From Syncephalis fuscata S228 (taxonomy: Eukaryota > Fungi > Zoopagomycota), in the NCBI GenBank assembly GCA_025786725.1, contig JAHLTZ010000014.1:372001-436000 (forward strand): 64,000 nt of DNA. The letters are read 5' to 3'. Below the pieces are notes generated by a model. It was not told the origin of the DNA. It saw only the letters and a program-made list of their open reading frames with translations, and did not search any database. The position numbers and the translations under genes are program-made. Positions 28,720-41,128 of this stretch are shown here, in pieces (the stretch's first letter is position 1; every line of letters begins with the position of its first letter).

Positions 28720-31700
28720 TTATTTACTTAATTGGCTTATATACATGTCAATCTCTTGGATTAATGTCATTGAGTTACATAGTCCACGTATATCCCTATT
28801 ACAGTCTAGTTAATATGTGTATATCCTATTGATTGTCTACTATATAGCATCTACAATACTTACTCCAAAAGTTTAATATCTTTGTTAGCAAATGCTTGTT
28901 TGGCTGCGTTATCATACCACTTGACACGAATATACAAGTTGGGTCGTATACTGGCATCACAGCGCTCAATATACTTGGCAGCCTCTTCATATTGCGGTGC
29001 AGCAATGCACAGTTGAACAAATGGCTAATATAATTATAATTAGTTTGAATCAATATATATATGTGTGTTTATATTTATATTTATGTTATATTTATATTTA
29101 TGTTTATATTTATGTTTATAGTGATGTGATGTGCATCCTTACTACAATGACTTACCAAATAGCCAATGGGTGATTTCTTTGATTTAGAAAACTGCTCCAA
29201 TCCTTCCCAGTCACGTAATTCGGCCAATGCTTTTATTTTAAGCCACCAGAATCTAACCAATAGTCCATTAGCAGTAGTTAGACTATTTAACAATAATCTT
29301 ACCGCTTTTCTGGTACTTTGAAGTCAGTTCGAATCTTATTGGCCTGACTAGGATCGCCAGCAAGAATACATTGCTTCAATGTCTCGCTCACAGATAGCCC
29401 GGCAAATGGTCGTTTATATTTTTCTTGAAGTTGCTGCTGTAATTGTAATAGACGTACCTGCTCTTCAATACACTGTATATTAAAGGTTAGTTACTGATAT
29501 GCTAGTTGTCTAATCAACTTACTTTAGCATCAAATGACTGTGATTTGTTAAATAATTTAAGGGTTATTTCTAATTTGATCGTTTTTGTAGATACGTTCTA
29601 TAATATTTTATTAATAATTAAACCTACAGTCATCTAATTAATACTTACCGCATCTTGGAATGCTGCCGATGCATATAAGCTGGCGTGCTCTATTTGTTGA
29701 TCTGCTTGGAAATAGAAACGATCCAATAATTCTGTATCACACTCTAAAGCGTAACAAACTAACAAATCACTGGCCACTGGTTTGTCGCTGATATAAAGTA
29801 GAAAGTCATCTATAGAGTGCTTTTGTTTCAGCATAAATAGTACATAATAGACTATCAACAAGTCGTTAGTTGAAATAGACAAATTACTAAAAACCACTTA
29901 CTTAAATCAGTATTTGCACTTTCAATAGCCTTAATAAGAGCAAGCTGTGCCTCATTCATATTTAGCAACAGTGGTACTTGATCAACGGCACGCGGTTCGT
30001 GTTCAATTAACTAGATACAGTTAGATATTAAACTGTTATGCTTACTGTGTATACAATACCATAGTAGCTAGTTTTGTCTTGCCCATTCGATAGGCGGTTT
30101 TGGCTACTTCAACGTATGAAAGACCTGGATAAGCAGATAGTTTGTTTAAAATAACTCGTGCCACTGTTTCTTCATCAAGATTTAACCGTTTCACCTAATA
30201 TATGGAATAGTATAAATTGACATGTATTTGCCTTAATGTATCAGTATCAAAATTACCTTGTTGCATGCCCAATCAACCATAATATCATCAATTGGCAAAT
30301 GAAGATGTTCAGCAATTCTTACGGCCAGTAAGTGTTTTTGGCGATTAACTAATCGCTTTACAAGTAATTCCGGTCTTTTATGCATAAATCTATTCAATGC
30401 TCGTTAATATTGATACTTGTACCTTTGTATTTAGTGGTATTTACTGTGGATAAGTCATTGGAATGCCTATCTTGTAGTCGTTGATATCGTTTAATACTCG
30501 CAAATAACTGCACATATCCACAAATGTATCTGCATTATAAGCATCCATGAACGACATGCCAAATGATGCTGCCTACATGTTGATTGTAGCTGGTTAGCTA
30601 TCTATTAGGCATAACTGGCATACACCACAATTACTTTGAGTAGATTTCGCCGCCAATATGGCGAAGATTCAAGACTGGCAACCTCAATACACTCATTGAT
30701 GGCAGTGGCCAAATCATCCTTTAGATTACGAATATGTTCTTGAGCCTTGGGATTTTCTTTCTATAATGCATTGCTAAATATTGACTATCTATACTAAATG
30801 CCAAACTTTATTATTTACCTTGAACAAATTGTATGCATCAAGTAATAATGCACCTGGTTTAGTAGATCCAAATTGAAATAGATTTTGTGATGCATCTACA
30901 GCGTCATTGTTTAGCCTCTCGTATGCATGCTGGTGTGTACTACATACCAGGCACTTTGGAAATAAAAAAACTTTCTTTTGTAGAAATAGCACGTATGCCA
31001 TCAATCTCTGTAACAAGGTGCGTGCCCTCTGTCGTATTATAGCTATTAATATTGTTACAGCGATTAGCAATAAATACTGGTACTGCACTTCTACAAACTT
31101 ACTATATACCATAGCCAAACGGACCAATGACTGTCAGTTCAAGACTAGTAGCCATAACAACAGAGTCAACACCGCACCTATTTACAAGTATATACCATGA
31201 TCAGTATAGAACATTATATAAAGTTTGGTTTTAGTTAATATTGTAGTACTTACCATTTGAACTGTTTGGGTGGAGTTGTCGTTGTAGACTGAAACTCTGA
31301 AAGCTGTCGTTGAAAGTCAGCTGATGTCACACTGACTTTGCCATCATTATTGAACAATGCCATAAGTTTACAATTGGACGACAAAGCCATTCGAGTAAAT
31401 GGACCATCACTTAGTAACTAATAAAAAATCACATATCCTATAAGATAAAGAGCAACATCAACAACCAGTCTGTTCTTACTTGATCCTGTGCCTCTTGTTG
31501 ATTAACAAGAATAACTGTCGATCCTACTGCAGCGTATAGCTCTACATCCCTACTCATCGATAAGGCAGGTGGCACGACTACCCAGTCAAACGGCAATGAT
31601 GATAGCCCTGGATCATTGTTATTGTTGCGTATAAGCTAATAGAAATAATTTAACGTAAAATACTAACCAGGATCGGCCAACTGACGAGCTCGTGCATCAG

Positions 31701-32390
31701 TAAATTTTGTAATAGTATAAAATTGATAATTTGATAACAGTGCTACTAAGCCACTGCCCCAAATCCGACCATCAATAACACCCTCCTCCATCGCTTCCTA
31801 TAGAATGTGATCAGAAACGATAGTACCATGAATTGCATTACATACCTGGGAAAGTGTAAATTGCGTCAATTCTCCAAATAGACTGTAGAGTCGCACTGTG
31901 CCATCGGCACATAGACAAACGAGTCGTTCGTCGTCTGACCAGCCTAATTTAACAATCTTAACGGTATCCAGCTATTCAATATTGTAAATATTAAGCTTAT
32001 ACAAGATACGCATTTGGGTATCCTACATTGATCCGACTAAGAAGGTCACCGGCTGCCGTGAATATCATAATTGATAGTGCTGTCACTGCATTATGGTCGC
32101 GTACAATCTGAATCTGATTCTCGGCTCGAATCAACGCTAATGTCTACCGTTAATCGCTGTATATATCGTCGCTTGTTAGAGTAGAATACCTATAGGTCCT
32201 CCAAAAGGCGCACCAATAACGTCGTAATCCTCCAAGTTTACACCTTGCCATTCCATTTCATAAAGGGAAACCCGTCTAGTGTCAACTCAGCTTAACACGT
32301 CATCCATTAGACTTGTTGGCTGTCTTACCGGTAGAATTTGTCATGGAGGAGTTGCCATTCCGTCGCTGGATGCGCAGTATCATCGGTCAT
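28720..32390 (-). CDS. VPS16: HOPS/CORVET subunit Vps16, multi-exon
   Basis: [53 protein letters not shown]. Confidence 0.95.
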
Positions 32391-34005
32391 GATGAAAGTA
32401 GAAACAGGTGCAGAAAATACTGCTGCTGTTTCCTGCCACTGGTCGAAGTAACTAAAACAATAAGAGTGACGCTGCTATGAACTTGACTCGATTGTTTTAT
32501 TTTTAATACCACCAATTCAATTTGATTTCAAATGTTTGTACACTTGGCAGTTCAATTCAGGAGAACATTAATACAAAAACTAATCTGTATATTACGTTTT
32601 ACGTCATTGATATCAAAAATAAATTAAATAATATTTTAGCACTAATACAAACAGCTTGTAATTTGAAATGTTGTATAATTTATACCAAAATTATGGGCGT
32701 TATTGCTGAATATCATACTACGTTTTGCACACTTTAAATATCAGTAGCTAAATAGCTTAGAATGTAAATAACTCAGATTATATATATATATTGATATTGT
32801 ATTCAATAGTATTAGTGTATAAAATTAAAATCAATCCTTGTTCAATTCGTTAAATAATAATTAATTCAATAATAAATAAATATGGCGTAGCATCATATGT
32901 TATAGCTTTGTTTTGGTTCACTTTTATTAGCTTATTTAATAGTCTTTTAGTGCAGAGTATACTACATAGATTGTCCAACAGCATACCGGTATTGCATTGC
33001 GTAGTTAATGCTTAAATTAAATTGTATTCAATAAAAATAATAGCTTTTATAATTTGTAAGACTCCAAAATAATTACAAATAAGCTAACAAGTATTATATC
33101 AACATAGTATGTAGCGTTTTGCAATTAAATACATATTGACAAAATAAATTCATAATTTTAAATAATTTAATATATAATTAAGATGCAACAGCTGTATGGA
33201 AATAAATAGCACTTTAGGAAGCATATCACGGCTAGCGATTGCATCAAGGAGAATAGAAAGTAATTAGATTAAAATGAACGAGTTTCTGTGGATCAGACAA
33301 TCACAATGGCAAACAATACAGGTCAGAATAAACAAGTTGAAATGAAAATGTCCAGATAAAAGCAGCAATAAAAAATATAAGGAATATAAAAAAAGACCGT
33401 TGAATTATATAAAACTATAATAGAAAATGTAATAAAGTATATGGAGAATTAAAAGCAAGAATAAATAGTTATTATAATTATCTAACATAATTGATAGTCG
33501 AATTACTATGCAATTATTGAAAGAAACAGCTACAATGGATAAATAAATTACGATGACGTCTATTTTACTTTTATGCGTCATTAACTACTAAACTGAGTGC
33601 TTTGCAGCCTTAATGTCAAGGATTCAGTTATAATTGGAAACTTCTGGGCATACCCGTTTAAGTAATAATTAGATAAAAGTTCTCATACAATTCTATGTTT
33701 AGTATTTTGAGTTTGAAAAACAAAATAAATTATTGGTGGGTGTGTAATGGCACTTCTAGTTGGATTGCCATTTATATTTTAAAAAGCAGGACAATTTAAG
33801 ATCGGAGATTATAATTTAATTACTAAATCAAGAATAAATAAATTAATACTATTTCTTTAATAAAAACATTCTCAGGTATTTGAACAGATAAAAAGGTGGC
33901 TACTGCCGAGAAAACAGCTGGAAACCATTCATTTCCACTACATTAATTCTATCACTATATCTTTACATTGATTGTTTTCATAATACCTATTTTAAATAGT
34001 CAACC

Positions 34006-36549
34006 ATGTTGGTGACTTCCCTAATCATCTTTGCTATATACGCTATTTCACCGGCCATTGGAAAGCCAGCCTTTCCTCGCCGTGCAACAAACCTACCTCT
34101 TACTACTTCCAAATTCTCAAATACACCTGAATTAAATAACCCATCAATACAAGTGCATGCCACCGGCGCAGAAGCTGTTCGACTTCGCCGGCGGGATAAC
34201 AGTGGTGATACGTTAAACCTGCAAGCAGGTTATGGATATAAAATCGGTATCATCGATAGTGGTGTAGATTATCTGCACCCAGATCTTGGCGGCTGCTTTG
34301 GCGCTGGCTGCAAGATCGCTTATGGCTATGATTTTGTCGGAGACAACTACACTGGCCTGAACCAACCACAACCAGATGCAGACCCTATGGACGAGTGCAA
34401 CGGCCACGGCACTCATGTGGCCGGAATTATCGGTGCCAGTTCAAGCTTGGCTCCTGGAATTGCACCAGCTGCAACAATCGGTGCTTATCGCGTGTTTGGA
34501 TGCAAAGGATCCGTTGCCATTGGTGTTTTGACTAGCGCCATGAAACGCGCCGCTACCGATGGTATGGACATTATCAACATTTCCATTGGTACTGGCAGAT
34601 TCTTCAACGGCTACGACGATGCAAAGCTAGCTCAAGAACTAGTCAGTAATGGAATTGTCATTGTTGCATCGGCCGGCAATGACGGTAATCTTCACATGAC
34701 GGCCGTGTCCAGCCCAAGCGTAGCCCCCGATGTAATCTCGGTAGCCTCGGTTGACCCTACAAAAGTGGCTGCATACTACTTTACTATTAATGGTGCTACC
34801 GATAGATCATACTATTTGTCTGCAAATCATATTGTTGTTCCAGAAAACTACACAAACTTAGTTATTCGTGAAACAAAAAACCCTTATGCCTGCGGTCCAT
34901 TAGGCAAAAACTACGCGAATGCATTTGTACTCGTTCTGCGTGGTAACTGTACGTTTGTCGAAAAGGCAATTTACGCCCAACAAGCTGGTGCAGCCGGTGT
35001 TATTGTACAAAACACAAACAACGTACTCGATGCCCCCGAAGCCGAAGATCCACGCATGGTTATACCGCTCATATTGGTTGCTAAAGGTACCGCAGAAAGT
35101 TTGGTCGCTGCCATGCAAAAGACATCGGCCAAGGATCGCACAACCATTAAATGGAGTCCAGATCCGTTTATGAAAGTGTTTGCAAAGTCATCGTTTGCTT
35201 CGGTATTTTCTTCATTTGGTCCAAGCGACAATTTGACTACTATTAAACCGGATATAGCAGCCGATGGTATGCAAATCTTTAGCACTTATCCTCGTAAACT
35301 CGGATCATACGCCATCCTCACCGGTACCAGTATGGCAGCTCCACGTGTCAGTGGTATGGCGGCTGTGGTACTTCAGAAATACGGTGCAAATGTTCCAGTT
35401 AATAGCAGGCCAGAAGCGGTGCGTCGTGTCCTTGTCCAGACATCGGCTACGCAGTATTGGCCAAAATGGAACGCGTACAGCACAGCTAATGTAGAGCGTG
35501 TTTTGCCCACTGCTTACATCGGCGGAGGTGTAGCACGTCTAGACGCCATTCAAGAGACCGGCTGGGGCATGAGCCCACAATATATTACTTTTCCGGGTAG
35601 CACGCCCACAAACTACCGTACCACACAAAAGGTTACCATAAAGCTTACCGGCGATTTACCTGCAGGTAAAGTTACCTTTGTTCATCGTCCAGCTGCCTCC
35701 GTTTCCGATTGGTACAACGATACTAAAACTGTTGATATGGCTGGTTCGAAAGCTGCAGCAGTCTCATTTTCTTCTTCTTCAGTTAAAATAGCAGCATCTG
35801 CGTTTACAAACAATATTAATGCAGTTCGAAGTGAGTCGGTGGTCGTTAGTTTTGATATGAAAGCATGGGGATCGATAGAGGATATTTGGCTTGTATCTGG
35901 TATTATTGAAGCAACGCACACTGATGCTGCAACAGGCAAACAAACAGTAAGAATTATTCCTTACCAGACAACGTTTGGCTCGCCAGAAGACTTGGAAATC
36001 ATGCAAACTACCAACAATTATCCACGTTTAGAAAAATCTGACTATTCGGGCAATCTTGTCAATCGTAGCCAACATCTTGTGTCCGCTACAAAAAATGCAA
36101 CTGCTACAATACGCTTCCGAATCCGCACTCCATCAGCTCATGCGTTTGTAGTAGTGGAGGATGCCAAGAGCAAGAAGCGCTTGGGCCTTGCAGTAGGCAT
36201 GGAGGGCACTAATTTGCGTCAAAACACTGACGGTACAAGCGAAGACTATACGGGATATTGGACAGGCGTGGTACAGCCAATGCCGCAGTTTAATCGTCCA
36301 CAAGGTGACACGATACTTGTATCCAAAGGAACCTATAAATTGCGATTGTTTATTCATAGGCCATACTCCGATCCATACGATGAAGAAATCTATGCTACCT
36401 GGTTGTCGCCTAACACTATTACCGTTGAGGATGCCTTTGATCCAACAAAATCTAATGGTTCAGGAACAGCCGGTAGTACCAGCAGTTTTGTTGGATCTAT
36501 TATGACATCTCAGGGCAGAATCAGCTCAGACATGGGTCATATCGCCTAG
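34006..36549 (+). CDS. Secreted subtilisin (S8A) with PA insert and C-terminal beta-rich extension, intronless
   Basis: Signal peptide; triad IIDSGVD, HGTHVAG, GTSMAAP; PA motif RGNCTFVEKA. Confidence 0.95.
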   Translation: MLVTSLIIFAIYAISPAIGKPAFPRRATNLPLTTSKFSNTPELNNPSIQVHATGAEAVRLRRRDNSGDTLNLQAGYGYKIGIIDSGVDYLHPDLGGCFGAGCKIAYGYDFVGDNYTGLNQPQPDADPMDECNGHGTHVAGIIGASSSLAPGIAPAATIGAYRVFGCKGSVAIGVLTSAMKRAATDGMDIINISIGTGRFFNGYDDAKLAQELVSNGIVIVASAGNDGNLHMTAVSSPSVAPDVISVASVDPTKVAAYYFTINGATDRSYYLSANHIVVPENYTNLVIRETKNPYACGPLGKNYANAFVLVLRGNCTFVEKAIYAQQAGAAGVIVQNTNNVLDAPEAEDPRMVIPLILVAKGTAESLVAAMQKTSAKDRTTIKWSPDPFMKVFAKSSFASVFSSFGPSDNLTTIKPDIAADGMQIFSTYPRKLGSYAILTGTSMAAPRVSGMAAVVLQKYGANVPVNSRPEAVRRVLVQTSATQYWPKWNAYSTANVERVLPTAYIGGGVARLDAIQETGWGMSPQYITFPGSTPTNYRTTQKVTIKLTGDLPAGKVTFVHRPAASVSDWYNDTKTVDMAGSKAAAVSFSSSSVKIAASAFTNNINAVRSESVVVSFDMKAWGSIEDIWLVSGIIEATHTDAATGKQTVRIIPYQTTFGSPEDLEIMQTTNNYPRLEKSDYSGNLVNRSQHLVSATKNATATIRFRIRTPSAHAFVVVEDAKSKKRLGLAVGMEGTNLRQNTDGTSEDYTGYWTGVVQPMPQFNRPQGDTILVSKGTYKLRLFIHRPYSDPYDEEIYATWLSPNTITVEDAFDPTKSNGSGTAGSTSSFVGSIMTSQGRISSDMGHIA

Positions 36550-36879
36550 TTAAAGCTAAAGCTACACTTGATTGTCGCTATATTAATAAAGTATGTTGCT
36601 TTATTAAATCATCATAATGCAATTGCTATGTTGTTTCAATATATGCATGAGACTGTATTGGTTTTACTGAATACTGCAATAATTACATCGGCTTATTGAA
36701 TTATAGTAAAAAAGTGATAGTGTTATTATTCAAATGCTTTTTGAATTATAGAACATGGTAAAAGTATCTCATGTATAATAATAAGGATTAGCTGTAGCTA
36801 AAAGTTGCAGGCTTTTTATATTTTGTACACCAATTATTCAGTATAATTGTGGCATAGACTGAAATAGCATTGAATCATG

Positions 36880-37486
36880 TTTCTGTAATGGTCACATGAA
36901 AACATAAAAGTATATTCATCAGTGAGTGTTGGCTATTTTCATTTTATCTGTTCATTCTAATGGAATTGGCCATTTATTATCGACTATATCGTTTAATCCT
37001 GTACTTTTTTGTTCTGTCTCTTGTCGTTTTCTGTTTGTTTCCATTATTATTATTATTGCTTAATGTGCATATGCAATTTATTTAATATATAATATAACCT
37101 ACTAGTTATTAATATAAATCATTAATATAATATCTTATTAGCTGTTCAATGTTAAACTTACGCTTAGTTAATGATACTAGCTTGCTTATTATGTGTTAAA
37201 AAGCAATCATTAATTAACATATCAATAGGTATAGATTTTAACGCTTACTGACTAGTTACATGCGTATAACAGTATACTAGAAGTACTTGAACAACGGTCC
37301 ATAATTACAACTTGCCGTCTAATACCATTATTGATTAAACATAATGTTAGCAAATGTATCGGGCTGCATATTTATTATACTCGCAGCGTACCACGACGTA
37401 ATAGAGCTGTCTTAGTATCAACCGTGGCTGTATTAATTATAAAGACCATGACAATGGTGCAGACAACGGCAATAAAAAAATCTTAT
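36880..37486 (-). pseudogene. Micro-exon secreted-peptide gene, copy C (decayed)
   Basis: 95-nt exon 1 (ATA start, +1 T in a homopolymer; IAVVCTIVMVFIINTATVDTKTALLRR+G) then GTACG donor at 37391; units TAG-ACG-GCAAG (37316-37318) and TAG-TCA-GTAAG (37249-37251); degenerate units near 37162 and 37103; 3' boundary approximate. Confidence 0.7.
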
Positions 37487-37841
37487 AGTGATATTGATTT
37501 GTTAAGTAATCTAAAGATATTATACTGCATCCATCAAACCGTCTTAGTTGAATATAGTTAGATTTAAATAAATAATGACAGTGCATAAGATAGCAAATGG
37601 TAGTAGTTATAAAATATAAACAATTTATAGAACAATAGCTTCAACGCACGACGATTTGTGGCCTAAATAACCACATCGACTTTAATAAAGCACTTTCAAA
37701 GGCAAAGGTAAAATATATATGCTTATTTGATAACACGTAATATAATAAAGAATTTAGAATATCGTTAAAATAGCAGTTTATTCACAAGCACAGCTTAATC
37801 AAAAAGTGCTACTTGTATAAAAACGCCACAGACATCCAATT

Positions 37842-38561
37842 TTATTGACGTGGAAAGCCCGATTGCAATATTTCAATCCAATAACCATCTGGATCAAGTA
37901 CAAATGCAATATTCTTCATATTGCCATCGGTCAGTCGTTTCTGCCATTTAACGCCAAACGTATCGAAGCGGACACACGCTGCTTCAATATTATCAACAGT
38001 TATGGCAATATGGCCAAATCTTGAATAAAATTAGGCAATAATTAATGGCTGAATAAGTGTTTTATTTAATCTGCTCTTACCCGCGTGGATCAGCATTGCC
38101 GTTATGATATCCTTGAAATGTTTCGTCAGATTCAGTGCCCCAGTTGCTAGATACAGCCAATTTCTGTAAGTTCACAGCTGATAGTAGTTTTATTTGTCAT
38201 CAACTTACTGGGTTAGCTCAAGTACGCCAGACTGGCCGAATGCCGCACGGTGAGCAGCCTCCTTGTCAGCTGGTACAGCATCCATGTATGCCAAGAAATA
38301 TAGCGTAAATTTACCTTGTTCATTGTCCATTTGGTAGATTTTCCTATGATGGTATGTCGCTTTTAACAACTTTTGCTACATGTACAGCTGCCTACTTACT
38401 TCATGCCAAGTACTTCAGTGTAGAATTGCAATGATGCTTTGGGGTCTTTGACCCGGAGCATGGTGTGATTCTATTATGAAGTTAACAGCATGTTAGCGCT
38501 ATGTTTTTGTATGTATGGCATTAGTAAATACCAAACAGTAGTTGGCAGTTGATGTCGACAT
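37842..38561 (-). CDS. GLO1: Lactoylglutathione lyase (glyoxalase I), single-module form, 5 exons
   Basis: [47 protein letters not shown]; not captured by the ORF track. Confidence 0.95.
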
Positions 38562-38597
38562 ATTGGTTTATCCTTATACAGAGAAAAGAAGAAGGTG

Positions 38598-39359
38598 GAT
38601 GATAGATATACGTCATTATGTAAAACCTGTTTTGTATGATTTCCTCCATTCAGCACAATAAGTCGTTTTACGCAATCCATTGTGATGCTTCGATTAATTG
38701 ATTTGTGTTTAAATCATTATTCACAATGAATAGTAGTATAATATAATAGCATTATTATTTTCATAGAATAGAATTAAATGGAACAGAACATTATATTAAT
38801 AGATGCTATTTTAAACATTTAAATAAAGAATGTAACATACTATTTAATTACGGTTTTGCTCTGCAGATTGAACAAATAAAACATACTATTTGCTTTCTTT
38901 GAAACATTTGAGGCTGACCATTGTTGTTGTTTGTTATGTGTAGAAATATCGACCGAATATTAGCATGTTACAATGAGTTACATTCACTACGATTACAGCT
39001 ATGTTAGTTATTTTAGCAATGATATTGGTAATTGTTTGGTTAAGTGTTCTATTTGATTGTACTAGTGTTGTTGCATTAATATATGCATACTATATATCAT
39101 TTAACATTTATTAACACATATTGGATGTTGAAAATAGTGTGGATTGGCTCATCTCCAATTAAATCAACAGAGTTGACATAGCACTGCTTTAACAAATAAC
39201 AATTTTAGTATTAAAGCTGATTGACAGTTTCTTATTCGAATTGTTGAGCTTTTTTGTTCCCCTAGTTTGAAGCTAAAACTTAAAGTACAATAGCTCCCTA
39301 GCTATAAATAAACTTACAATGGTACCACGATTCAGCATTTATAACACCGTGGATCATTA
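38598..39359. repeat. Left arm of 762-bp inverted repeat
   Basis: Reverse complement of 43345-44106; three substitutions noticed by eye. Confidence 0.95.
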
Positions 39360-39894
39360 AGTTACTAATTTTCACAATGTAGTGCTAAGCTGTTAAAAAT
39401 AAACAATTATTTTATATCAACACCAGCACAATATCATTTCATTATATAATAGTGATAGATTTATTACAATCTATGGTATATCTACAAATAAGCACAGTCA
39501 GTTTTATTGCCAATATACATAACTACAATATTCACATTTAACATTACCATGTTCATACCAGCCTATGCTTATAGCTAATACAATATGATTGTACATATCT
39601 TTTGTTAATTTACCTATTTGATTGATAGTTGTCAATTATTGGATGCAAATAAAACATGATTATATATATATATGATAAAACCATAATTTTATCACTATAA
39701 GGTTGCACAGTTGAATAGAAACAACTAGATGCAAAGTTGTTGGTAAAATAATGATTCCATTGATTAAAGACTGGATGAACCGAAGCATTGGCCAATACTT
39801 GATATATAAATAGACTAATCGGCGTAGTTGTCAAATGGTCTTGCTTTTTATCAAATATATACCTAAAGTGTGTTGGAATAGTGGTTCGATTGCA

Positions 39895-41128
39895 CTACCA
39901 ATGCTGATGTCTTGAAGCTATTAATTATTCTGTATTTACAAATAAATATATTATATGTCATATAATTAATGTATAAGCCATCAATATATAATACTACTTA
40001 CAGCCTATTAATATTAAGTCATTGATGCACACGGTGCGTAATATGTGATTAGTTAGTGATTAATTAATATATGATACAACTTACAATCTATTAATATTAG
40101 GTTGTGGATGGATGCAATACATGGTACATAATTAGTTAATATTCAGCTAATACAATACAACTTACTCTCTATGGCATTAAGCCATTGATACAAACAATAT
40201 ATGTTACATAATTAATGCATAGCTAGTTAACATACAATACCACTTACTGCCTATTATATTAAGTTGTTGATGCATACAGTAAATAGTATGTAATTCGTAC
40301 ATAGTTGATTAATATACAATGTTTCTTACATTCTATTAATTTGCTAACGTATACAGTACATAGTATATAATTAGTGTATATTCGGCTAATATACAATACA
40401 ACAAGGTAGGGTGTCCCGAGCTGAAGGCTTCAGGTTCAAACCTCAGTTTGAATCAATTCTTAAGTGGAAAATCACACCAGTTTTCTCTAGTTAACAAATT
40501 GCAAACCAAAACCCAATAAATAGGTTTGGAAACAAAACCTTGGCCAGAATAGCCGAGGAAAAACCAATTGGAACCAACTTCAAGAGAATAGTGCTGTGTA
40601 GCACCACTTAAAAGAAGATGGCCCCCGCGTGGAATCTACATGGACCAGATTTGCGCAAAAACGTGGCAGTCCACCCGTTAAAAGTTTGGAAAAGCTTAAA
40701 AATAGTGGAAAGCAGCGCAAATGCTTTAATTATGTGCAGCGGTGGCTCACAAGCTCTTCAAAATAAAATAAAATAATATACAATACTACTTACTCCCTAC
40801 TAATATTAAATAATTAGTGTAATCAGTAAATATTATAGCTAATGTATAGCCGATTAATATACAATATCACTTACAGGCTATTAGTATTAAATTATTAATA
40901 AATACAGTACATACTACATAATTAGTGTATGTTTTATCAATATTTAATGCAACCTATCAGCTATTATAATTATTGGCTAAAAATATTGTTAGTAAATATA
41001 ATTATATGGTATATTTATTGATATTGCAACATAACACGACGATCTAAACCTGGATTAACATCCACCATGACTGTACTAGCCACAAGCGCCACGAAAATGA
41101 TGCAAACGACAGCAAGGGAAAGCTTTGT
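39895..41128 (-). pseudogene. Micro-exon secreted-peptide gene, copy B (eight 3-nt exons, seven with intact splice sites)
   Basis: Exon 1 41128-41035 (ACA in place of ATG; xKLSLAVVCIIFVALVASTVMVDVNPGLDRR+G); TAG-NNN-GTAAG at 40875, 40794, 40330, 40248, 40166, 40085, 40002; AT-donor unit at 40958; last exon from 39917. Confidence 0.8.
40403..40773 (+). mobile_element. Putative tRNA-derived SINE inserted in an intron of copy B
   Basis: tRNA-Leu/Ser-like head GGTAGGGTGTCCCGAG and B-box GGTTCAAACC (40433-40442); (AAAAT)n tail; 16-bp TSD TAATATACAATAC(A/T)AC at 40387-40402 and 40774-40789; higher GC than flanks. Confidence 0.75.

Noticed and set aside
33180-33560. A-rich stretch resembling decayed coding or retroelement sequence
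   Set aside because: Many stops and no recognisable motif; cannot be supported without a search.
37842-38561. GLO1 truncated by the inverted repeat
   Set aside because: It has a natural-looking start ([15 protein letters not shown]), and single-module glyoxalase I is a normal form.
40403-40450. Functional tRNA gene
   Set aside because: Only partial A and B boxes, too close together; no cloverleaf; flanked by a TSD and A-rich tail.
39950-41000. CRISPR array or plain minisatellite
   Set aside because: Eukaryotic context, no repeat-spacer structure, and the invariant positions are splice signals around 3 variable nucleotides.
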